The position numbers were made by a program, and so were the translations under genes. A model generated the notes under the pieces. The model was not told the origin of the DNA and did no database searches. It was given only the letters and a program-made list of their open reading frames with translations. A DNA stretch of 60,647 bases, counting the filler, from Sphacelaria rigidula (lineage: Eukaryota), in assembly GCA_964200075.2 (NCBI GenBank). It is 5 parts of 5 records of this genome, joined end to end, with 100 filler letters (N's around TTAATTAATTAA, not from the genome) between each part and the next. Parts side by side here need not be neighbours in the genome. Positions count along the whole stretch, not along the records: positions 1 to 12,050 come from CAXNAA020004190.1; 4 more parts are not named here. One strand, written 5' to 3'. Positions 1 to 12,150 of this stretch are shown here, in pieces; the stretch's first letter is position 1; the number at the start of each line of letters is the position of its first letter.

Positions 1-358
<358 letters not shown>

Positions 359-402
359 TTTATATTCATGTTATATTAACGTTGTTGCTGCTTCTGCCGC
401 AG

Positions 403-3400
403 GTACGCTCCCCTGTCGGTACGACTGGTTCAGGCCTGCGTACGGCCGGGGTGGGTTCAAGCAGGAGAGACGCTGAAGCTGCTTCCGGGACCTTGCGTCG
501 AAGTGACTCAAGATCCGGACTCTCCACCAGAAGATCTTCCGACTGCACGTGAGCTGCTTTCTGATGGTAGTCGTAACATTTCCGGACGCGTTAGCCCAAA
601 ACAAATTAATTGTGTGGGGGGGGGGGGAGGGAGGGCGTTCTCATTTGTTGCTTGCCTTGGTCGTTTGACCACTGACCACTCATCCCTTCCGAGATGGAGC
701 ACCAATTTGGTGCGATGGCTTAGCCGTAGCTGTTGTGGCAGCTAGCCCGACATGGGTCTTGATGGTTTTCTTCATAATGAGGCGTACTGATCGATAGGTA
801 CACGGGCCACATCCCAAAATCGCCAGGAGGACCTGGACAAGACGGGCCTTGCGAGTAACCATACTGTACGTGGCTTGTATGCGCGCATAGAGTAGATGCG
901 GTTCGAGTTCCAAACCACCGGGTTGCATCGACTGAAAGTCTCTCCACAGGACGCGGGCCACTTTCGTCATGATCTAATGTAAACAGAGTGGGGGTCCCGG
1001 TTGCTCAAGTTGAGATTTGATGTTTGCGTCACACATATCAAGAACTGAAGGTGGCGGTTAAAAACAATATTTCAGGTCATGCATGTACACCGTGTCCACC
1101 TCTTGATTTGAGCTTTCATTGGCGCCTTCCGTTTGGGTACTTCAGAAAGATTTTCGAAATATATTCAGCGGCAATCATATCTTGTTTTCGGAACACGCCG
1201 CAGAATATGGTGACACGTCGGTTGGGATCGGGGAGCGCAGCGCTGAAAGCAGAAACCTGAATGGAAAGTGTCGTAGGTTATGTGGTGCTCACGCTACGTT
1301 TTGGCGAGGGGGATACGAGGCTTGGTGTCGTCGTGCGTGTGGGCAAGTGCCTGTGTGATTCATATATCTAGCGGGTGGAGGTGGGTTAACCGGTGTCGGG
1401 CTACATTCTATTCATGGTTGACACATTTCACAACTATCGCAGATCCTAACAACATAACCCTGACCCCAACCCAAGGCATATTGAGAGCCCTCGGGCAAGG
1501 GAGTTCATAGGGTCCCCCATTAATAGTCACAATGTGCGTTGGTAGACCTCAAATCGGCGCCTCTAGCGCTGATTTGAACAAAAACGCGTTTGGCGCACGC
1601 CGGGAGCGTACGGTACTGTGCAGCCCCACTAAAAATCCGATTCTCGCTTTTCACACTCAAATCATGTAGTATCAACCATGGGGTAGGTTTTAGCCCAACT
1701 ACGGCTCACTCGAGAAGGAGCACATATGAGAGAATCTCGCATTGCTAACCCGAGTTCCGCGTCAGTGCGTAGACTTTGGTGTTACCGTGTATTGAACTGA
1801 ACCGTCCCTGAAAAAAACTGTTTTTTGGATGTGCTTGCTTACCTTCTAACGTGGTCATGCATGCAAGTTATATATATATATATATATATACATGCAAGGT
1901 TCCCCTTCGGGAGGTTGGTACGGGCCTCCCGGGGGTGACGCTAGTCGAAAATATACGGTCGATGTGCTGTAAGTGATCGTGGCTGTACAAAAAATCGCAT
2001 GCGTTATCGGATGTCGTTCGGAAATATGGGAATTCGGACGGAGACCGCCGGCCAAGCCGCCGGCCAAACCGCCGGCGTTGGACACGTGTGGTATTTCCGA
2101 GGTGCCAGAGTGCGAAGTAGCTCTCGTGCCACAAAAACATGACAGCGGGAGGCACTCCAGAGAAACTGGAATGCGTGGAACATTCTTGGCATGCTCTTTG
2201 TACATCACCGTGGTTTTCACATCACCGCACCTTTTCTTTAAACAGGGTGACTGTCTTTGCGGCAGAACATTCCTGTGCTGCCGTGCTGCTGTGCCTTGTT
2301 CAACTCGCCAACAGCCCATTGCACGCTCTTGTGTTCGCTGCTGACTGAGGCCAAGGCTATGTTTCATTGTTTTCAACTGCTTCGCTCTCATAGTCTCGTG
2401 ACATTAGCGGCATAACCGGTTTGTCCGTGGTCCCGAGTGAACGAGAACGCGACAAAGAGAAACGCGGAGGAAAAATACCCCGCCAAAAGTAATCCTGTTT
2501 GACGCTTTCCGTGATCTTCAACAGGCTTTTTTCTGTGTTTCGGGTCCTTGTTTCAAGTTCTCCATGATCTTGAATAGGCTTATGTGGTTCGGGATCGACA
2601 CCCCGCGAAAAAAGGCAGTTTGAATGACTTTCGGTGGCCAGAACACGCGCCACAGGTATCGGACGACACCCACACCCGAACGGTAATGTACCGCTGAGCC
2701 TTCTCATTTCGCTGCGAAAGAAAGCGCGTGAAAAAATGCCTTGCTGCCAGAGAAAACTCTGCAAAGGTGGTGAAAAATGTGAAATGATACATATACATAT
2801 AAACAAGCCGTCTGGACCGGGGCTTTGCCCCGGACCCGTCCGTCTTCTTCGAGGGTCTCGCTATTCTCGCCTTACCAAGCCTCTCTCGGAAGTTTCATCT
2901 TGCATATAGAAAACAACACACGAAAAGTCCTCCAGGACTGCGGGTATGAATGATTAGGAAAATAGATGGTAATGTAAGTCATGGGTATAACCGTCATAAT
3001 CTCAATCATGAAAGTTAATATGATGGAGCGAATGGTGTTATTTCATGGAGATAACAGTTGTTGTTGTTGTTGTTGTTGTCTTCACATTAAAAACCGTTCC
3101 GATATCTGGGCGGTACATCCGTACTGGGCATGTGATGCGGACGCCTTCCGTGGTCACAGGCTAGAAAAAAAAGTATATACAAGATAGGATCAGATGGAAA
3201 CTCACAAAACGCGATACAAGAAAGACAGGGATATATAACAAAGAAGAAAAAGAGTACATATGGCTAACCTCACAAGATCCGGTGACGCAGGTGGTCATTC
3301 GGACTTCAGGGGTTGGCACCCGGCTTTTCACCTCGACGCGCGACGCCAAGTAAACAATAAACACAGGGTCCGACTACGGGCGAGACTCAAGACCCCAAAT

Positions 3401-6400
3401 ACCGCCAACCAAAGAACTAAGAATCGCAAGGTTCCATCTTTCGGCCTCTCGAGGGACAGCCATACGTCAACAGTAGGTATCATAATAATCAAAGGTAATA
3501 ATGGTGCTACAGTAATCGATCCAGAGATATAATGATCGGCGCGTTTCCCGTGCGTAAGCTCTGCTGCTTTGCGGGTATGAACCTCGAGCAAATGTTGATA
3601 TCAAAAACAGTTCAGCTCACTGGAGCAGCTCATTCCATCAAGACCGCGGGGTATAGACTCATGGGAAGTCAGCCGTGCATGCAACATTACAGATACACTG
3701 TGTCTGCTGCTTTGACGCATTAGCCGGCGTCTGTGACATGATCAATAAGCATCGCCGTTCTGCACTCCGGCTGTCCGTAGGGCGCCGCAATGAGTGTACT
3801 GCAGCTCGTCAAGGTTTTGGTCTAAGTACCAACCTGAATAAGATCGCACAACGCTGCCTTCAAGTGCTATACTGTACTACGCACTGCTGCTTGTGCGATG
3901 TTGCGAGACAAGTGTTTGTAGTGTGGTGCATTTTGACACACGTCACCGGTTCTTATACGGGTGGCAATTTTGCGATTATCGAACACGGAAGTATCTCTGT
4001 GTCGCTGCACAAACATCGAACATCTTACTCAGTGCCAAACCGTTTTCCCTATACTTCGTATATCACTTAGTGTGAAAGACACGGCTCCATGTCTGCAGCT
4101 GCCCCACACGTGTTCTAAACAAACGGCCGCCCGACAATGGGCTTTGCGTGCAGTCATCATTCTGTAACTGTGACTGAACATCACCTTGGAGCACTGTGTT
4201 GTATAATGCACTGCTTTTTGTGCGATGTCGTGACACACGTGCTTGTTGTGTGCTGCACCGGGCTGTCATGCACGTGGCAACTTAGATTCGCTTTCTGGTG
4301 TGCACGCGAACAGATAGCTTTTATCGGGTTCAGTTGCGGCCCGGCTCAAGCTGTATGAATAGAGCCGGTTCGACGGCGGCTGTACCCACTGTGCATGCCT
4401 GTACCGTGGTTCACACAGACGAGTATGTCAAAGGGTACAAGGGTCGGAAAAAGCAATGATTCGTCTGGACATCACTTGGTTTTAGTGTAATTGATTCGAA
4501 TCGTCCGAAACAACATTCTAGGCTTTGTTTTCAGCGTTGCAACCCAGGTGCAAGCTCCCCAGACACGCGGAATGGCGCAAACGTTGCGTGGATACCCCTT
4601 GGACCAGCGGTCAACTNNNNNNNNNNCAGGCCAAAGAAACCGTGGATTTGGTGATTCGAACCCGTCATGATTCGTCCTAACCGTGAAAGGGTATGCTATA
4701 CCTACTCAAGGATGCCGTACCCTTTTGAAGCATCTATTACCGAGTTTGCTGATTGTCGACTACTGCACCCACGGCTTACTACCATACTCTAAATCGAATG
4801 ATATCAATTGCCAATCCATTGTTTGTCCCCATTCGCGTTAGCACAACATCAGCCCAGAGCAGCACGTACGCGTTACTTTTTCTGCCTGTGCTTCTGTACT
4901 GTACTGTCTGTGACAGAAGTAAATACATGGACACGTGCTCTTAACGCTATGAGATCCGACATAGTTCACAGTCAAATAAACCGGGAACCCCGAACTTGCT
5001 GTCATCATCGTTACTCTCCATCTGCGCGCAGCCATCGTTCTTCATCTCTGCATTGTTCGGTGTCCGTGTCTCACTGCACGGGTGCTCGTGATTCGCTTGT
5101 GCTGTGCTACAAAGCGCAGATGACTTCCTTAAAAAAACATGCGCCCTTTGCCATTTGCAACTTTAGCGCGCGAGGCTTAGTACACGTAATCGCGGATGGT
5201 ATCTCTATTTGGACCCCAAGTTTTGATGGACAGACAGGGCGAAGGCGAACAGAAGGATCAACTTGATGACGTGTCCGTGTGAAATGCTGTTGGATAATTC
5301 TCTCCGGAACCCTGACATTTTGCAGAGAACCTCGACCCACCGTACCGGCATGCGATTCGTGTGCTACCGCGTTCTGCGCTGTAAAATATGCCGGCATCGA
5401 TTGCGCCCGAAACAATCTGAAATGGTATGGGGATCAGAGTATTATGCAGCTTGATGCAGTTGAAATGCAGAAATAACAGTACAGTGGTGGCAGTACAGCA
5501 GTGCGGTGCTTTGTGTACGTTATAGGAGGGACAATATCTCAATTCGCGACGTTTCTGTATGCTGAACCGTAACTGTACTGTTGCTGGAGAATAATAGTTC
5601 AACCGTGGTAAAGAAGTCTGTGGGCAACGGTCTCGCAGCGTGCGATATAAACTGCTAATACAGCTGCAGTCGGATATACCGGAATCCTCGAGTTTGAGAC
5701 AGCGATGCGCATAAGTTATCACGTGCAAAACTGGCTCCCATGCCGACCGCACGCCGGTGCGGTTGAGCGAGCCTCTGCTCGACAACATCGCGACGACCGC
5801 ATGTTCTTTCTGGACTCTCGGGCGACGCTCGCCGAAATATTGCAGGACCAATCACCGCGTTCACGCGTCCGTTCGAAGGATCGCGCACGCGAGCGCATGA
5901 ACGTCCCGCTCACACCCAGACTAAATGTAGCACGAAATACGCGGACTGGACACCTAGCATTGGCGGCCGCCCGAACAGTCATCCCCCGGGGCGAGCGTGG
6001 AGGAAGTTCCACACGAACAATCAGCATAAATCTCGTGGACGACTCCCTACAACGTATTATTCGCGCTCGTGAGTCCGAAATATTGTATATCTATACTATT
6101 TGTTTGTGCAATCGAAGGACAAGTTGGTGCGCCAGCGGTTTGCTGTGCGTCGGGGGTTCATTTTTGTTTTCCCTTGATTGGAAGGAGGAGTCTCTGCCCA
6201 ACACTTACACCGCGAGCGGCTTCGTGTGTCGAACCGTCGAAGAGTGTCTAGACCACCTCGCGGCGGTCATGTAGACTAGGCACCCCGAGCATTCGTGCGT
6301 GTTTCCTCAGGATAGTGTCGAGGGGTCATAAGGCTTCTACCGTGGAGCACGGCGGGTACAGGCCCCCTGGTGATTGATTTTTTAGCCCTGGAAGCTCATG

Positions 6401-7985
6401 ATCTGGAGGTGATACCCAGCGAGAGCGATATGCATCGTGCCTCGCATAGTATTATGGGTAATAGTAGGCACCGGTATACCGTAATTGTGCGAGTCATCGC
6501 ACACCCCCTGGACCGAATTTGAAAGGTCGATTACTCCATGACGAAGAGGGTGCCAATACCAAACGACGCGTTCTCGGACAGCTATCGACAAGATCTTTCC
6601 AGCGTCACCCTTTTCAGAACTGATGCTCTTCTTGTTGTCGAGTAATTGAGCTTTGAAATCCGGTCCAGGGGGTGTGCGATGACCCCCACAATTACGGTAA
6701 TCGGTGGGTTGACTGATTGTCGCACATTTGGCGGATCCTCCACGAATCCAGCTATCGTGTCAAGATGGACGTGTCCGAGGGAAATTCACGGAGTACTCGC
6801 ACAGCAAACTCGAGAACGGGAAATATGCAAAGTACAGCAGAGAGCAGACACAGTAAAATATGGTGACAAGAGAATGGCCCAACACTTTTCACCCGAGGGT
6901 AGATGTTTAGGGGAGTGATATACAACGCACAGACCGGACACTGCATTTTATACGGTGAAGTAGCATGATGAGGCGAAATCCTGCCTGCCCAGGCAGAGAG
7001 TATTGCCTTACCTACTACGGTAAGCAACTGTCTGCGGAATATGTGGTCGTTTTGGGGGGACAAGTGTGAGTGGGCATGATGCAGTCGCTACATTATCATG
7101 GTTTTCCTCGATTGTTTTGTGGCGTTGTTCATTTTCGAGTTGTAGGTTCGATCTTTTTCAAAGTTAGGATGCGACCGAAGTGCACACCTGTAGTTTAGTC
7201 ATCTCGCATTTCTCCTCCTCACTTTCTTCGTTCATGTTTGACATGCTTTTTCTCCCGCCAGTTCGACGACAGGCAGACCAACGGGTCAAACCGCCCGCGA
7301 CAGCCCCTCCAACTCCAAGTTCCTCCCATCACACCACCGGAGCGGATGCGGGTGTGGGTGGCAGCGGTACCAGGGAGGCGGCAGACGGTCGGACGGGTGG
7401 TAACTCGTCCTCTGAACATAAGAAGGTTGGGAAAGCGTGCCCCCAACTGACTCCTCCCTCCCCGAATATCCCCCCCCCCCTCTCCCCCGGACCGACTGGT
7501 GCTCGCATTATTGCATTCTCGGAAAGTGATTGATATTTGCAGTTTTTGTACATTTTTTCTTCTCTCCGGTGACCCCGTGACTGGTGCTTTGGCGAGGCGA
7601 GCACGCGGGCACCCCCTCTATACAAATTATACTTTTGTGGAAGCATAGATGGAGAGGTCATCAGATCCGCTGTCCTTGCGCTTGCTTTTTGTTACTGTAG
7701 TCAGCATCAGAAGTCTGCGGAATTCGTAATTGCTTGGTTACTTGGAGATTATCCGAAGTTCTTCCGCTTGCCACAGATCATCGCAGTGAATGTTGGATTC
7801 TAAAAATGGGGATCTAAAGGTATTATATTCCCCTTGACAAATGTCGAAAGAAGAAATCTACGATCAATATTGAGTGACGTACGGACTTGACCAATTTTCG
7901 GGGGTCCTGCGAAAGGGCAACCCCAGGTTCTAGCTTTTCGGTATTTTCGGTGGACCGACACGATCCTGATCATACATGCGAAAAC

Positions 7986-8016
<31 letters not shown>

Positions 8017-10891
8017 CTGAAAATCCACCTATTCACTGCGCTAGAGCCGAAAATCTATGTTTCTTGGACCATTAACGGTTAATAACACCCTCCTGATGAA
8101 CGGGATCATTACTCCGTATCGCCGCCACAACACCAACTTGGGCACTATGATTTGAGCACGATCTGCTGATCTTGCCAAACCTATCGACGCCAGCACTTTC
8201 GAGTGCTCATGGAGAATAGTATGCGAAAACCCCCGAGGAGGAGCTATCCACGGAAAACGCTGGACTGAGGTGTGTGCAGTATAGAGGGGGAAGACAATCT
8301 CGATTGTTATTTTGAAGAATGGTATATATTTTCATTTATCTGAACATTTACCTTTTCGTTGCGAAAGAGCCGGAAAACTATTATTATCGGACCAAAAACG
8401 GTCAATAACACCCTTCTGACGAACGGGGTATCTCTAATGATCCGTTTTACCCCAGAAACACCAATTTGGGCACTGTGGTTTGAGCGCGGCCTACGCTCTC
8501 CCCCTAAATCTACCAACGCAAGCACTTTCAAGTACTGATGAAGAATAGTACCGGAGAAAGACTCGAAAATCATGCGAGCTTGGCCAGCCGGGAAGCGAAT
8601 CTGTAGTTTGCAGGCTCAGTCACCGGCCAATATTTAGAGTTGGACCCTCAAATTCGGTACGGACATCGAATAGGGCATGATAGAAACAAAAACTAGTTGA
8701 CACAATTATTTTTTTCGTGAATTGAGGGCATTTTACTGATACCTAAAAACTGATTATTGCCCTATTTGTTGTCCGTACCAGCTTTCAGGGTCCAACTCTA
8801 AATATTGGCCGGTGAATGGGACATTTAGTGACGGGGTCAGAAAAATCATAACATTATTTTGAAGGCCGTTTACCGGCTCAGGTTTGGTGTTTGTGTATTG
8901 AAACTCTGTGAGGACCGTGGCTAGGGCATCGTTTGACGAGCCAAAGTGAATCAGGTTGGTTTTTTTCATTTTTTCACTGGTTTGGGGCGTTTTATCATGA
9001 AAACGAACATTTTTTACGAGAACGCCCGAATCTCCCCCAAATAACAAAACAAATTGATAGCCCTTTTAAAAACAAACTCAGCATACCTCTGTGGTTCTCT
9101 GTGCTGAGTTTCAAATTACCATTTTAAAAATTGAGCTGAAATATTGAGATAAGACCCAAGAGCAGTGTAGATTTCTCCTCAAAACTGCCCTATTTTTATT
9201 TTTTTTTCGAAAAAGCGAAAAAAGTGTAAAAGCTGTTTCTTTTCGCTTTGTTATGCACTAGCGGTCCTCCATACGAAGTTTCATGGCGAAACTATCAAAA
9301 ACTGAGACGCGATATCCAAATTTAGGTCATCTAGTGCCTCTGCTCGTATTATACCGAGTTTAGTATCGAAAAAAATGTGCGCCACATTTCGTGATAGATT
9401 ACGAATTAGCTGAACGTAAGGGTATGTATCGTCTCCCCGTACTCCAGGGAATGTCCACACCAAATTTCGTCGTCACATGCGTGCGGAATGCATCTATCGG
9501 GGGTTTCATAGAGATTTTAGTATGGACCCTACCTCCGTTAGGTATAGGAATTACTATACATGGGGTTTGCCAACGAGAAACTATGGGGCCAAACTCTCGA
9601 CCCGATGGGCACCTCCCCCTTGGTTGGACGATTAATACAATAAGCGGATCATGGCCTAACTCGTCCGTGTTGGCGAGATATTGCTTTGAGAGCTTGAATC
9701 CGTCTCTAGGCTGGCCCAGTTCGTAACAGCTACGAATTCCGCAGACTTTCGATGATGACTACTAGAGTGTACTGAACCTTATTTGTCGCGGATTGCTCAT
9801 GTCAATAGCTGCACAGTGTATTGATGAGCAGGATCTCTTCAGGTCAATGTGAAACGGGAATTGTCGCAGGGGTGCCTACTGTGGCCCTTGGGCAACCTCT
9901 GGTTTGCGTGAATAGACGGCCAGACGGATTACGGCACTTCGGAATGCCCACATTCATGTACTCTCTCGCAGGATTCTGGCAAATGTGCACGCGGTTTCAT
10001 TCCGGGCCAGATGTCTGGTTCGGGCACGAACCTTCCTAGTTGAGAAACGGCAGATATTTTTCGAGCTTTTGGGTTATTCGTTTTTTTTTTTTTTTCCGTT
10101 CCAAAGTGAAGAGATATAGGCCAGAAACTGCCGAGGTATAGCTGAAGCCCTTGTAGGCAAAGCCAGTGATTATTCCGCGGTGGCGTGATGCGCTTGGTTA
10201 TCGTTTCGGGCAAATAAACGTCGACGGAAGACCACGGTACGTATGCAGTTCTGGCCAACAATTGAAGTCTTGTGTGCCCCCACGATCGTTGTATGTATGA
10301 ATGCATTTTTTTTCGGTATTGGTGTCTTGTCGTTGATCGCCGATCGTCGATTGTTGATCAATTTTCTGAGTGAGTCACGTCACCCTCGTGAATTTTGTTT
10401 TTTGTCCTTCTGGCCTACGTGTCCACGCTGGGGTACTGTTCTGTGTAAATAGTGGTAGTCGGGTATGTGGGGTAGATTTTCTGTCTGTGTACTTACTCTC
10501 TGGCTCACGGGTAATATATGTTCGGTGGCGGATGAAGGGTACTGCCGGGGATGACATATTTTTGCGGATCTTTGGCTGCGTGTGTGGCGAGGCTGTCAGT
10601 CTCCGTTTGTCCGTGGTGCTTTTGTCACTTCAGACTCAGCAAGCATTGTGTGCGACAGAATAATTTGTTGCAGGTTTTGCTAAGCGTCTCATGACCTGAA
10701 GAAGAAAAGCGGGGGACACTTGACGCATGCACAGAGGAAACGGATGTTGACCTGTCCAATTTTTGTAACATATCATGTCCTCAGCTGTGCTTGTTTTTGT
10801 CGCTGATGACAGGTGATGCTGGTGTATTACGTGGGAGGAGTAACGTACATGGAAATCGCTGCGTTGCGATTCCTCAGCGCCCAAAAAGAAT
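403..10891 (+). CDS. VPS33: Vacuolar protein sorting 33 (Sec1/Munc18 family), partial: three C-terminal-region exons 403-548, 7262-7425, 10813-10891
   Basis: All three exons are AG/GT bounded with matching phases (2->1, 1->0, 0->1). The spliced peptide reads (G)YAPLSVRLVQACVRPGWVQAGETLKLLPGP...EDLPTA|LRRQ...SSSEHKK|VMLVYYVGGVTYMEIAALRFLSAQKE. GYAPLS.RLV..GW...L.LLPGP and LV..GG.T..EIAALRFLS are the characteristic Vps33 C-terminal motifs. The upstream exons and the last exon were not found in the contig. Confidence 0.88.
1868..1890. repeat. (TA)n microsatellite
   Basis: Directly visible. Further short tracts are (GTT)n at about 3057-3078 and (TA)n at about 7990-8017. Confidence 0.9.
6479..6697. 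mobile_element. MITE (~220 bp), Tc1/mariner-type ends TA|CCGTA...TACGG|TA
   Basis: The left arm taccgtaattgtgcgagtcatcgcacaccccctggaccgaatttgaaagg matches the reverse complement of the right arm (taccgtaattgtgggggtcatcgcacaccccctggaccggatttcaaagc) over about 70 bp. TA flanks both sides. Confidence 0.8.
7697..9762. mobile_element. ~2.07-kb non-autonomous TIR element in Vps33 intron
   Basis: gtagtcagcatcagaagtctgcggaattcgta at 7697 matches the reverse complement of about 9731-9762 (gtagtcatcatcgaaagtctgcggaattcgta). The interior is AT-rich with no ORF. It contains a degenerate ~170-bp direct repeat (~8067-8230 / ~8390-8550) and an internal inverted repeat. Confidence 0.6.
8620..8815. repeat. 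Inverted repeat / small MITE, ~58-bp arms
   Basis: tcaccggccaatatttagagttggaccct...gtacggaca..aatagggca at 8620 is mirrored at about 8758-8815. Confidence 0.8.
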
Positions 10892-11243
10892 GTGAGTCGT
10901 TTTCTGACCTGACGATTTGCCAACGGTACCTCACCATGCCTCCCCCGCCTCGAGACCTTCCACCTGCCAGCTGTCGACAGAAACGATACTGCCATGAAAG
11001 CGAGGACTTGGCTTTATGCACCTATCCCGGCGGATTCCTCTGAAATCGTAGAGAGCCGCACGTGTCTACTACATCCAGCTGTATACGTTCATTTGCATGA
11101 TTGTTTCATCTCCTTTCATTCCGGCGGTTTTTTTTTCAAGAGATATCGACGTACAGTGGCGCATCAACAGCCAGATAGTGGAGTTGCAGCAGAAAAATAT
11201 CGCTGGCATTAGCTAGCTAGCTCTTTGACGGTTTTAGGGAGAC

Positions 11244-11976
11244 GGGGGGGGGTGTACTCATTTGTTGCTTGCCTTAGTCGTTGGACCATCAACCACGCAT
11301 CCCTTTCGAGAGGGAGAGGGGCGGAGGAGGGATGCTCTGAGCAGCGTCTTTCTTGAACGAGCCACGCTGAAGAGGTGCTTCAAGCGGAAACTTTCTATTT
11401 CTGTTCTTATCATCACACACGGATTCACACCGGTTGGCAACGTTTTCGTTCACATACACTCGCGTAATGAGACTATGAGATCCACCTTGAGCCTTCGTTT
11501 CGTGCAACCCGGGCCCGCCTTTATCTGTAGCGTGGGGGATCAGTTTGGTAGCGCCGGAGGTAGGGTACCATTGCGAGAGCAACATGTGTCCCGACTCGAA
11601 CATGTCTCAGGGAGCAAGCCGTTGTTTTCGCTTTGACTACGCCGACAAAAATAGGGCGGTACATAGACCCGTACCTCAGTGTGCATGGTGCGGAGCGCAG
11701 ATGTCATTTTGCTGTTGGTTCGGGGACGGATATTTCTCCCTTGAAGACGGGTCCGCAAATGTCGACAGCGGCTGGACGTCACTCGATTCCCACCAAAGAC
11801 TGCGTAACAGGGAAGGGATGGGATGTCGAGAAACGTTTGGCGTAGTGAATGAAAGAAATATAATGAGCACTGCGGGATGTTTGTAGTACCAATATTGGGA
11901 GTGGGAACGGTGCTTCGTCTCGAAAGGGATGCGTGGATAATGGTCACACGACTAAGGCAAGCAACAAATGAGTACG

Positions 11977-12008
<32 letters not shown>
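11244..12008. mobile_element. ~750-bp TIR element (MITE) with poly-G/poly-C tips
   Basis: G-run+gtgtactcatttgttgcttgccttagtcgttggaccatcaaccacgcatccctttcgaga (11244-11311) is mirrored at about 11918-11977, followed by a C-run. A third, single-arm copy lies at about 616-694. Confidence 0.8.
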
Positions 12009-12009
<1 letters not shown>

Positions 12010-12050
12010 CCACGCCGCCCCCCGAGCCCTCCGCCCGCCCCGTCGCTCTC

Positions 12051-12150
12051 NNNNNNNNNNNNNNNNNNNNNNNNNNNNNNNNNNNNNNNNNNNNTTAATT
12101 AATTAANNNNNNNNNNNNNNNNNNNNNNNNNNNNNNNNNNNNNNNNNNNN
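12051..12150. other. Artificial contig spacer N44-TTAATTAATTAA-N44
   Basis: Stop-codon linker embedded in Ns, exactly 100 nt. Confidence 0.97.

Noticed and set aside
5705..6274. 189-aa ORF and other 100-200-aa ORFs in Vps33 introns
   Set aside because: No recognisable motifs, they overlap ORFs of similar length on the opposite strand, and they are expected by chance at about 50% GC.
6311..6369. Candidate extra Vps33 exon after tttcctcag
   Set aside because: It is open only as a phase-2 start, incompatible with the phase-1 end of exon 403-548, which joins 7262 directly.
12095..12106. Recurrent palindrome TTAATTAATTAA at ~12.15-kb periodicity
   Set aside because: Synthetic six-frame stop linker inside N runs; not biological.
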